From: Carcharhinus longimanus
Taxonomy: Eukaryota
DNA: 64,000 bases
Direction of reading: 5' to 3'
NCBI GenBank assembly: GCA_030264375.1
Contig: JASCQW010000081.1
Location: 92,119,768-92,183,767 of the forward strand
Below the pieces are notes generated by a model. That model had not been told where the DNA came from. It saw nothing but the letters and a program-made list of their open reading frames with translations, and ran no database searches. A program made the translations under genes and the position numbers. Of the stretch, positions 45,101 through 57,372 are shown one piece after another. The first letter of the stretch is position 1. Each line of letters opens with the position of its first letter.

Positions 45101-48100
45101 AATCGGGGTAGACTACGAAATGCTAAAACATCGGGCATAGTTTAATTAGATGGCAGGCTGTCATCGTAATCATCGCGATTCCAAGAGGAAGTAATATTGA
45201 ACTCCTAGACCCGATGTCAGACCGCAGACCATAAGACAAGGCGCAGAAGTAGGAGAATCCGATCCATCGAGTCTGCTCTGCTACTCCATGAGGGTGATTG
45301 ATATGATAATCTTCAAAGTCACTTTCCCACCTGTCACTTTACAACGTTGATTATCTTACTAAAAATCTTTCCGTCTCAGCCTTGAACACACTTGATGATT
45401 CCACCTCTAACCCTCTCTACGAAAAAGATTCAATTGATTCACCACACACACCGTGAGAAGAAAATACACCCCATCTCTATCTTACTCTGAGATTATGCAC
45501 CCTTTGAAGCCCTCATCTCTATTAATTAAGAATACTTAATCCAAAGCAACTAATTTCACCATCCTTTCCTCCATCCCTGAAGCAATTCTGCTATGCTAGA
45601 ATAGTGTCAGCTGAGTTTTATTTGGGACCCCATTCTTTTCCGTCCTTTCATTCTCCTCTGATTTTCGTCCAGTGGGCTCTCCGTTCCTAAATCATGGGGG
45701 TTTTCATATCTCTTCTTGTGCTCACATTTGATGAGAGATCGTTTGTCATACATAACGAAAGCAGCCACTTCTGTGTGCTTATATTGTTGTCTGTGCGCCT
45801 GCGACCAAGGCTTATGTTTTTAGACCTGCAATTTTAATCTAGCATACCTATCGGACAACCAAGAGCGTGTTACAGGAATCATGTTTATTGGAGGAACTAA
45901 TGAAATTCGTTGTTCTACCTCTGTTCTCTTCCATCCTAAGGAGTTCCCGACTCGCACGCTAGGCCTAGTTTAAATATTTATTATCAGATGGGGAAGAAGT
46001 GACGTAGTGGGTATTGTCACTCGACTGGTCATTCAGAAACCGGGGAAAGACCTGGGGATTCGGGTTCAAATCCCACAGATGATGAAATTTGGATTAAATT
46101 TCAAAATCTGGAATTAAAAATTTAAATCCATGAAACTACTGCTGTCAAAATCCATTTGGTACACGACTGTCCTTCAGCAAGGAGAACCTGCAATCTTACC
46201 TGGATTGGGCTCCAGATCCAGAGCAATGGCACTGACTCTCAAGCCCTCTGCAACTGGGGGCAGTTAGGGATGCGCAGTAAATGCTAGTCAAGCCAGTGAA
46301 CCTGCGTGCACACCTTACCTTAGATATCTATGTTAAAAAAGTAATTTGTCAAGACTGCTGTGTGTCGAGTGCCCGACTGACGTTATGAACCAGGCCAATC
46401 ACGTCTGCAAAAGTACTTGAGGAGATGTAGCTCATGGTCATGTAAGGCCCAGTTTATGACACTGTGACACATCAGCGAGGGAGAGAATTAACTGAGCACT
46501 TAGTTTCAGCGGTTGATCACACGGCTGAATATGCCTTGCGCATGTGAAGTGGGAGAGAGCCTGAGTGAGGCCGTCAGAGTGGGATTGGAATTTGGTAATT
46601 TGGAGCAGTGTGGTAATGAAAGAGTTAGGTGATAAATCTAATTTTCCTGTTTTTTTCAGTAATAAGTGTAGTGATATAGTTAGTTGGTAAAAAATGAACT
46701 ACCCTACCCAAATAGCTGAGTAGCAGTTATTTGCCAAACACCTAAAGAATGATCAGAGGCAAAAGATGTAAGTTGTATTCTTCTGTTTGAAACCTATCTG
46801 GTGTGTGAGTCATTTTTGCCCAGCTGAACATGAAATAAGAGACAGTCATAAGAATACTCTCAGCGAGCTTTGTGCACGTGAAGGGGGAGACAGCCTGAGC
46901 GAGGAGACAGAGTGGGATTGATATTTGGTAATTTGGAGCATTGTGGTAATTAAAGAGGGAAGCGGTAAATTTAATTTTCCCGTTTTTTCAGTTATGAATT
47001 TAGTTGTCTGTCAGTTGATAAAAATGAGCTGCTCCCACCCAAATAGCTGACCGGTAGTTATCTATCAATCACCTGAAGATGATAAGAGTCAAAAGGTATA
47101 AAACGCACTCTTCTGTTTGAAGTGTAACTGGTGCGTGAATCATTTCAGTCCAACTGATCTCGAGATGCATAAGCGCACTCTTATTAAGCTTGTGCACATG
47201 AAGTGGGAGAAAGCCTGATTGAGAAATCCAGAGTGGGATTGAAACTTGGTCATTTTGGGTAGTGTGGTAATTCGATGCAGCGTGGGAGGAGGTGCTTCTT
47301 CCGTTCTTCTTTTGTTTACTTTCTGTGCCACGTGCCAGTGAGACTAGAAATATGAATATAGTCCAGCGCAACACATGGCTACACAGCTGGTGTAGGATGG
47401 AGGGTTTCACATACCTGGGCCATTGGGATTCCTTCCGGGGCAGATGGATCATCTACAAGAAGGACAGGTTACTTCTAAACTGGAGGGGCATACATAATTT
47501 GGCCGGGAAATTTGCTAGTGTCATGCCGGAGGATTTAAACTAGTTTGGTAAAGGAGTAGAAAACAAAGCAAATGTTAATTAACTGGAAGAAAATTCGGGA
47601 GTCGGGCCAGTAAACCCCACATGAAGAGCATGCATGGTTTCGTTGCTGCTCGAATACGGTCTTGTGCACTGAAGAGCATTTGTTTCAATGCGAGAAGTGT
47701 AGTAGGTAAAGCAGATTAGAATAGAGCTTGAATTAGTGTTTGGAACTATGATGTTTTTACCATTAAAGAGAATTGGTTAAAGGAAATACAGGACTGGCAG
47801 CTTAACATTCCAGGATACAAATATTTCACGCGGGATTGAGGGGTTGTAAAAGGTATGGGGGAATTGTACGATTGGTTAAGGAAAATGTCACAGCTGTGCT
47901 GGGGGAGGACACCTTGGAAGGCTCATATGACGGGTCAAGATAGATAGAGTTCGGGCAGAGGAAGGGTGTAGTCAAAATGTTGGGGGCCTGCAAACAGCCA
48001 GTGGGAGATAGAGGAACAGATATGTAGGNNNNNNNNNNNNNNNNTGTAAAAGTGGCAGGGTTGCTGTGGTGGGTAATTTTAACTTCCCCTGTGTTGTCTA

Positions 48101-51100
48101 GGACTCAACAAGTGTAAGGTGCCTGGATATAGCAGAATTTGTAAGGACCATCCAGGAGGGCTGCATGAACCAGTATGTCGATAGTCCAACTCCTGAAGGG
48201 GCCGTTCTGGGCCCGGTACTGTGGAATGAGCCCGGACAGGCGATCACTGTTTCAGTAGGAGAACAGTTCGGGAAAAATTATTTCAATTCAGTAAGCTTTA
48301 ATGTACTGCATAGATAGTTTGAACAATTAGATAATAAATTAAATAACGGAACCACTGAAGTTTTAATCTCCTGATTGGGACCCAAGTCGCGTACATGTTG
48401 GCATTACGTATGCAAAATTGGGAGCTGAATGCGTCATTGAAAGACTGCTGTGGGAGAAGTGGGTTTTTGTGTGTGCGCCATTGGCAACAGCACTGGGAAA
48501 GTGGAGGCTATATCTCTGGGATTGCCTACATCGAACGGTGCTGAAACCAGGGTTCTTGCAAACAGTGTAACTGGTATTTAGAGAAGACCTCAAAGTAAAT
48601 AGGAGCGGAATGGTTCTGAGGGAGAGCACGTGTGCATTCAATGTGAAAGGATATGGCACAGTAAGACGTCTCACAACACCAGGTTAAGTTCCAACAGGTT
48701 TATTTGGAATCACAATCTTTCGAAGAGCTGTTCCTTCATCAGGTGAGTGTGTGGGTAGATTTCACAAACACGACATATACAGCCAAAGGCTCAATTGCAA
48801 GGTAATAGTTGGAATGCAAGTTTTTAAGCTAATCAAATGCTCTCAGGTACAGACAATGCGAGTGGAGAGAGGGATAATCACAGGTTAAAGAAGTGTGAAT
48901 AGTCTCAAGCCAGGACAATTAGTGGATTTTGGAAGCCCAGACCAAATATTGGGATTACATGTAGTATGACATGAAGCCAAGATCCCAGTTGAGTCCATCC
49001 TCTTGCATGCGGAACTTGACTATTAATTTTTGCTCGGCGATTCTGCTTTGTTGTGTGTCTTGAAGGCCACCTTGGAGAAGGCTTACCCGAAGATCGGAGG
49101 CTGAATGTCCTTGACTGCGGAAGCCCTCCCCAACTGGAAGGGAACACTCCTGCCTGGCGATTTGTCGCACGGTGCCCACTCATCCAACTTACTCCCTGCG
49201 TGGGAGATCTCTACTTCCTCCAAAGAACACAAGGCCAACACACCCGGGGGTCCCTTGGTATCAGTCAATGGAACCCCATGTGAGAACCTCTCTGGCTACA
49301 TCGAAGGCATCTGGAACCCATCGTACAAAGGAACCCTCAGCTTCTGCCGTGCCACTACGGACATTTACAGAAACTCAGCACCAATGGACCAGTTGAATCA
49401 GGAACACTCCTCGCCACAGTGGACGCTTGGCACTCTACACCAACATCTCCCGAGACAACGACATTGCTGCAGCAGCTTTTTTCTCAACACCGACAACTGC
49501 CAATCTCCAGACACAATTCTGCAACTCATCTGGTTCATCTTGGTCCACAACGTCTTTTCATTCGACAACCAGTTCTTCATCCAGCCAAATAGAACAGCCA
49601 TGCGGACCACACTCGCACCTCAGTCTGCCAACACCTTCATGGAAGTGTTCGAACAAAACCTCGTCACCACACAGGACCTTCAACCAGCGCTATACACCAG
49701 AGATATCAATGACATTTTCTTCTTTTGGACCCACAGCAAAGAATCACTGAAAGGTCTACACGATGACATCAACAAGTTCCATCCCATCAGCAGACGCTAT
49801 GGATTACTCTTCAGAATCGGTTGCATTCTTAGACACATGCATCTCCATCAATGACAGTCACCTCAGCACTTCCCTCCACCGGACGCCCACGGATAACCTC
49901 ACAATTCTCCACTTCTCCAGCTTCCACCCTCAACACTTTAAAGAAGCCATCCCCTACGGACAAGTCTTTCATAAACACAGGATCTGTTCAGACGAAGAGG
50001 AACACAACAGATATCTACAGACACTAAAAGACGCCCTAGTAAGTACGGGATACGACGCTCGACTCATCGATCATCAGTTCTATCGCACTGCAGCAAAGAA
50101 CCGCAATATCTTCTCAGAAGACAAACATGGGACATGACGGACAGATTGCCCTTCGTCGCCCAGTAGTTCTCCTGAGCAGAGAAACTACGACACCTTCTTC
50201 AAAACCTTCAACATATCATTGCTGAAAATGAATCTCTCGCCAAGGCCATTCCTCCCCTCCCCAACTGCTTGCCTTCAAACAATCACACAACCTCAAAGAG
50301 GCCATTGTTAGCAGCCTTCAGGAGAAAAGCGACTATGGCATCACACAAACCTGTCATGACAACCTCTGCAAGACGTGCCAGAACTTCGACATGGGTGCCA
50401 TGATCACATGTGAGAACACAACCCACTAGATACATGGTGCTTACTCATGCGACTCAGTCAAAATTGTCTATCACATCCGCTGCAGGAAATGATGTCCAAG
50501 ACATGGTACATTGGCAAAACCATGCAGATGCTACTACAATGGATAAGCAGACACTGCGCAACAATCACCAGGCAGAAGCGTTCCCTTCCAGTTGGGGAGC
50601 ACTTCAGCAATCAAGGACATTCAGCTTCCCATCTTTGGGTAAGCGGTCTCTAAGGTGGGTTTCAAGACACACAAGAATGCAGAAACGCCATGCAGAAACT
50701 GATAGCCAAGTTCTGCATGCATGAGGATGGCCTCAACTTGGTTCTTTGGTTCATGTCATACTATGTGTAAACCCCACCAGTTGGCCTGCACTTGCAAAAT
50801 CCTACTAACTGTCCTGGCTTGTGACATTCATGCCTCATTAACCCGTGATTATCCCTCTCACCACTTGCATTGTCTGTGCTTGTAAGGACTTGATTACCTG
50901 AAAAGACTTGCATTCCAACCATTATCTTGCAATTGAGCATTTGCTTATATATGCTACGTTTGTGAAAGCTACCTCTTCACTTCCTGATGAAGGAGCAGCT
51001 CTCCGAAAACTCGGCATTTCAAATAAACCTGTTGGATTTGGACATGGTGTTGTGAGACTTCGAACCGCGCCCACTTCAGTCCAACGATGGCATCTCCACA

Positions 51101-54100
51101 TCAAAGGCTATGGCAGAATTGGAAGTTCACATAATGATTTCCAGAGTGTCAAGTGAAGGGACAGAGTGTACAAAACAATAAACCACAGCAGTAACTGGAA
51201 CTAAAGTAGAAAAAGACAGTAAAAAAACCAAAGAAAAATGTGTTTTTCTTAAATGCACATAGTATATGGTATAAAATAAATTAATTAATGGCACATGTTC
51301 AAGCTAATGACTATGCTTTTATCTTGATGTGTGTACAAGTAGATCGAAGTTTCGAACTAAATATTCAGGGCAATGTGACTTTTTGTAGAAAAGGCTGGAA
51401 GAATGCATGGTACGTGTTGGTGCCATGCATTCTTGTTGATACAAGATGGAATAAGTATGATAGCAACAAATGACCATGGATTGGAAGAATTCATCTGACC
51501 GCTGCTCAGAAATAACCAGGGAAGGACCCATATGGTGGGAGTAACCTATAGCCATAGCTACATCATAGGATGGAAAATTAATTGGGTGATACCGTTGGCA
51601 TGCAAAAAGTTGGTGCATAAATCATGGGTGAATTTATTCTTCATGTGCATTGCGAAAATTATGTTGGCAGAGGTAGACATGCTGACGATTCAATAGCATG
51701 TAATGGGAACAGAATCCTGGAATAAGATGCCGTGACCCAGACAGGAAACAGGTTTTTTTGGATCATGAATGTGTAATGAGGCAATTTTAATCAACTAAGT
51801 CAGAGTAATAGATCTCCTGGGTAACAGTGACCACAACAAATCGAATTTAGCATTTACTTTGATGGTGATGAACCTGGGTGAAAACCAAGTATGCACGAAT
51901 TAAAGAAGGGTGATTACAAATAAACGAGAATAGAGGTGGCTGGTGTAGACTGGGAAAAAAATTCTTCAGAAGATATGATGTAGATCAGCAATGGCAGACA
52001 TTTATGAAAATATTTCATGACTCACAAAGAGGACATACTCCAGTGAGGAAGGGAATTCTTGGAAGGGGATGAATCAACTGTCCCAGGAAATTAGGATAAA
52101 CTGCTAGTGAAAGACTAATAAATCGGTGTAGATGAATTTAGAAATAATTACTGTACAGAAAAGGTATAAAGTGCTTGAAAATACAGAGGTACAGTTGCAC
52201 TGAAACACATAAAACTACTGCTACAAAATTTAAATATGTATTTTTGAAATATTCTGCACATGTTTGCAAAAAGAGATTGCCACAAGGATAATGGAATGAA
52301 AGCTAAGTGAGAGGAACCACATTTTTAAAGAACAATACAGCCATTGAGGATAGTTTTTATTAGTATAATTTACAATTTCCAAGACACTAACATGAATGGT
52401 GCAATTCAATTTCTACTGATAAGAAACACTGGGCAGACAATGAGAATGATAGTGCTTGAACGATACAACCTAAGTAATTGAGAGACTTGTAAGTGACAAG
52501 TGGGTGCAAATTTCCAGAATCTATGGACGAATTAATTTGCATGCTGCCAGAGGGTAGGAAGTAATAGGCCAAAGGTAAATAATCAATTTTAGCACGATTG
52601 AGCTGTCCTATTAAGATGGACAGATTTGGCAAGCAGATGATTTCTGAAAACGTATAATTGCGGAACATGTTGATAATGTAATTAGAGTAATTTAAGCTGC
52701 CTCAAAATGCTCTCCCTCCATGGTGGAACCAAACCCGGGCAATAAATTGCGTCTTCAAATCAGAATTACTGTGTTCTTTGTTATTGCTGAGCTGTATTAA
52801 TAAGGAAAAATCTCCTACATGACGTCAGCAAAATACATAGGTCTTTGAAAAATTCTTACTTCAACCTTGATAAACCAAGAAAACTAAAGGTGTGAGTAAA
52901 CTAATTTATACAATTTAGCGATGATTAGTAGCAAGCCAGAAGACGTGAACAGTTTTGAAAAAAATAGACAGCCAAAATAATATAAAGAAGGGGGAGGTAA
53001 ACTTTAATGTTAAAACCAGCAATGCCAAAACGAAGAGCAAGTGGCTCTTGAAATACATGAACAGAAAAAGGGGCCAAAGTAAGCATCGGTCTTTTGATGA
53101 ATTGAGACTGCACAGCACGAGGGACACGGGTTCGATTCCCAGCTTGTGTCACTGTCTGTGTGGAGTTTGCACCAAAGCATGGAATACCCTGACCTGTCCA
53201 CCTAACCCCACATGCCAATACTTGGCCCATAGCTTTGAATGTTATGGAATGCCAAGTATTCATCAGGTTCTATTTAAGGATGTGAGGCATCACCGCTCCA
53301 CTATCATCTCAGGCAATGCATTCCAGANNNNNNNNNTGTTCTGAGTAGAAAGGATTTTCCTCAAATCATCTCTAAACCTCCCATCCCTCACTTTGAACTT
53401 GTGTCCCCTCTTAACTGACCCATCAACAACGGGAACTACTGCTCTCTGTCCATCATGTCCATGCCTCTCATAATCATGGACACCTCAATAGGGTCGCCCC
53501 TCAGTCTTCTCCATTCCAGCGAAGATAAACGAAGCCTGTTTGTTTTCAACTTAAATATTCCATCCCAGGCAGCATCCTGGTAATTCTCCTCTGCACACCT
53601 CCAGTGCGTTCACGTCCTGTGGCAAAAGTAAAATCGGCAAACTCTTACTGGTTCTTTGCAGAAGTTGTTTACATTCTGAAAAATAAATGCATGATGTCAG
53701 AAAGGTATTTGAAAACAACACAAAGACATTTCTTAAACATTGTCACAGAAAAACTATGAAGGACCATCCAACTATAGTAAAGCTATGGCGCAGGAAGTAG
53801 TCAATAAATGTTTGCACCAGCCAGAAAAAAATATTAGCCACTCATTTTAATCTAATTTTCCAGCACCCAGCCCATAGCTTTGTATTTTAAAGTATTTTGT
53901 ATGAAGATCCAGGTACAGCTCTTAATGTCAATGCGCACAACTTAATTTTTTTTCACTTTAATCTTTTCCTGTCAATTTTATGCTCTTTTATTCTATCTAT
54001 TTTACTTTCGATGCTCATTTTATCCTCCACACAGCTTACCTTCTGACCTATAAATGTATCGTCGGCAAAACTGGCTATGATGTAATCGGCACCTTTGTCA

Positions 54101-57100
54101 AAATCATTAATGTAAGTCGTAAATGCGTATGGTCCCAGCACGTATCCTTACAAATCGATTTTCGTTATAGTTCTCCTGCCTGCAAATAATCCATTTATTA
54201 TGACTCACTGTTTGCAGTTAGTTAGCCAAAGTTCCATTCTTGTAATTATTTCACTCTTTACAGAATGAACTTGTGCAGTAATATTCAGATTAGTATCTTA
54301 TTCCATATCTATTGGAAATAGGAGTAATTCTACATCAATTGGTTCTTCTTGATTCAACCTTCAGCCAAGCTTAGCCATTTTGTCCTTCAATCTATGCAAA
54401 AGTTTCAACCATCCATGATTATGACAGTAGTTTACTTCCAAGGTCGAATTATATCTCCATTTTCCTGACACACTGACCTCTCTGTAATTAGTCTACTATA
54501 GAGTTCTGTTGAAAATCGAAGCAACTTCGAGAAACAGCACTTCATCTTGCAAGTGACATTTTACAACGTTTTTGATGAAGTATTGAGTTCAACAAATTAG
54601 ATGGTAACCTCTGTGTCATTCTGCTATTTTTATTCGTTTCTCTCTCTCGCTGTTTTGTCAGTTATGTTGTGTTCAGACGACAAATCTTTACTCATTCTCA
54701 GCTTCTCTAAGTATACTTTGTTTTGGCTCTTTACACATCCTCTTGGTCTTACTCCAATCAATATTTGTCCTTTATTGTGTCCTTCCCATCGGCTAATCAC
54801 AAATCTCATCTTTAGTTCCTTTCCCATTCCCTTTCTTCATTTACTCAATAACTATTGCCAACTGATTCCGCGTTGTAATTTACCGGTACGGACGTTAACT
54901 TTTTCTCTCGGCACCAGTACGGCCTGAATTACTGTCTATTTCCAAAGTGTTCTATTCATATTCCACGTTATTTTCTTGTTGTAAAGCATTCCAAACACTT
55001 CAAAAAATTGTGTTAACACAAGATATAAACGTCTGTAATAAATTACGAGTCCTCCATTCAAGAGAGACCTGATTTTAAGTCGCTTAAAACGACTCATTAT
55101 TTGTATGAGATTATTTAGTTTATTAGTCACAAGTAAGGCTTAGTGCAATGAAGTTACTGTGGGAGGAAGTACCAGCGACCCAGTTCAATTCCTGGCTTCT
55201 CCTCGCACAATTACCTCTAATCGCCACAATCCGGCGCCTGTTCACGTCAATTAACCTAACCAGTATATCTTTCAGATTGTGGGAGGAAACCGGAGCACCC
55301 TGAGGGAAAACAAGGAGAGACGGGGAGAACGTGCAAACTCCACATAGACAGTGAACCAAGCCGGGAAGCGAACCCGGGTCCTTGGCGCTCTGAGGCAGCA
55401 GTATTAACCTTTGTGCCACCATGCCGCCCAATTTACTGCCCCTAATGATACACTGTAATGAGATTTTCCTGGGTAAGTATGTTTGAGAGAATTTAAACAT
55501 CTTAGAGAACCTCCCTGCTGCCTGTCGGTCCACTAATCAAAAGCAATTCCGTGAGTCTTCCGTTAAGCTCCATGGAACGTCACAATCTCAAACTTGAGAT
55601 GTGGTGGGCTTTTTGAACTGACCTTGATCCAACTCATTCAACCTTAAACCAAGATGATTGTATTCATCGCTGGCATTATCAAGAGCCAATTCTAGATATG
55701 CATTAATCTATGAATCCGAATCATACATTATGTTGCGTCGTTTACCTTTACACTTCGGGTCAATTCCTAATAAAACCGAAAAACAAAAAGCAGATCAAAC
55801 ACTTTCTGTTAAATTCACAGCACGTACGTGATACGAAGGTCATATTTGATCGAATCGTCAGTAGAAAGGGAAAGCAAAAAAGCGGGTACCTGGAGCGGCA
55901 TAGAAACAACCTCAAATGCAATGGATGCTTCCAGACTGAAATTACCCACTTCTTGGGAAAGCTGTTTGTACGTGTCATTGATGTAAGGGGGTGGGGGTCG
56001 CTAGAGGGGCGAGAGTGTTTTACCTATTGTATTGCAGAAAGTTGTCAAAATACACAGGTGAAAGCAGATGGCTCTAATCTTGTATATTTTGTTTGAATTC
56101 AGGGATTATGTTTTCAGAACGGCTTTTCTCAGTGTCGCCCGGGATCTGGAGCAGCATGTGAATTACACATTCCGAAGTATATTTCAAGGACATTTTTAAC
56201 ATTGGGCAATGGTTGAATTGCTCTTTCGATGTCAAAGAACAACAGGGCATTAAAGACTGATCCAGAGATTGCTGCGGCAGGGTTGTGTGGTGTCATGGTC
56301 GCTGTTCTCTGAAGGCTGGGTAGTTTCATGCGGACAATGGTCTGTTTGAGGTTGTGTTGTTATTTGAAGGCAAGAAGTAGAGCTGTGGGGATGACCTTGG
56401 CGAGATGTTCGTCTTCATCAATGACACGTTGAAGGCTCTGGAGGAGATGTCGTAGCTTCTCTGCTCCTGGGAACTACTGGACAATGAAGGGTATACTCTG
56501 TCTGCCATTTCCCATGTTTGTCTTCTGAGGTGGTCGGTGCGGTTTTTCACTGTGGTGCATCGGAACTGTCGACCGATCAGTCGAGTACCATATTCTGTTC
56601 TGAAGAGGGCATGTTTCAGCATCTGGAGGTGTCTGTTGCAATCCTCCTCATCTGAGCATTGTGAACACGACTTGCACTCACCTGATGTAGGAGCAGCGCT
56701 CCGAAAGCTTGTAGCTTGTGGTGCCAAATAAAGCTGTTTGACTTTAACCTGGTGTTGTGAGACTTCTTACTGTGCTTACCCCAGTCCAACGCCGGCATCT
56801 CCACATCATGCCAATTATTACTGACAGGGAGCTCAAGTGGAAAATGTCATGGAAATTCCATTCTAGTTCTTAGGTCGAGCTGGCATTTATGCAGGATCTC
56901 CTTTTCTATCTGTAGGGTAACGAATAATGCATACAGGATATAAAGTTGCATGAACACTTCCACATCACTTAAGGCAGCCTGGCAAGTGAAAACTTAAAGT
57001 CTTAAGGATATATTTGAGAAAATAATTTCGTCGTACCTGCCTTTACTTTGCCCTTCAGATCTGCAAGTGAACATATTACATTAGACTGATTATGTCCTTT

Positions 57101-57341
57101 ATTAAAGTTTCAATGAAATAATGGCATGCGACTATGCGCAATGTTCTAAGGCAAATGATTGCGATTCAACGCCTTGTCTTTATTCCTACGGAATAATTTT
57201 TTTCTATTAACTGCAACAGAAAACCGGGACAAAAATCTACCACAGGTTGTAGATTCTATATATTAAATCACTGTATCTTATTAATATCTCCGTCCAATCT
57301 GCAGTAAGTCGCCGTCGTTTGTTAGCGACGAGAGATATCAC

Positions 57342-57372
<31 letters not shown>

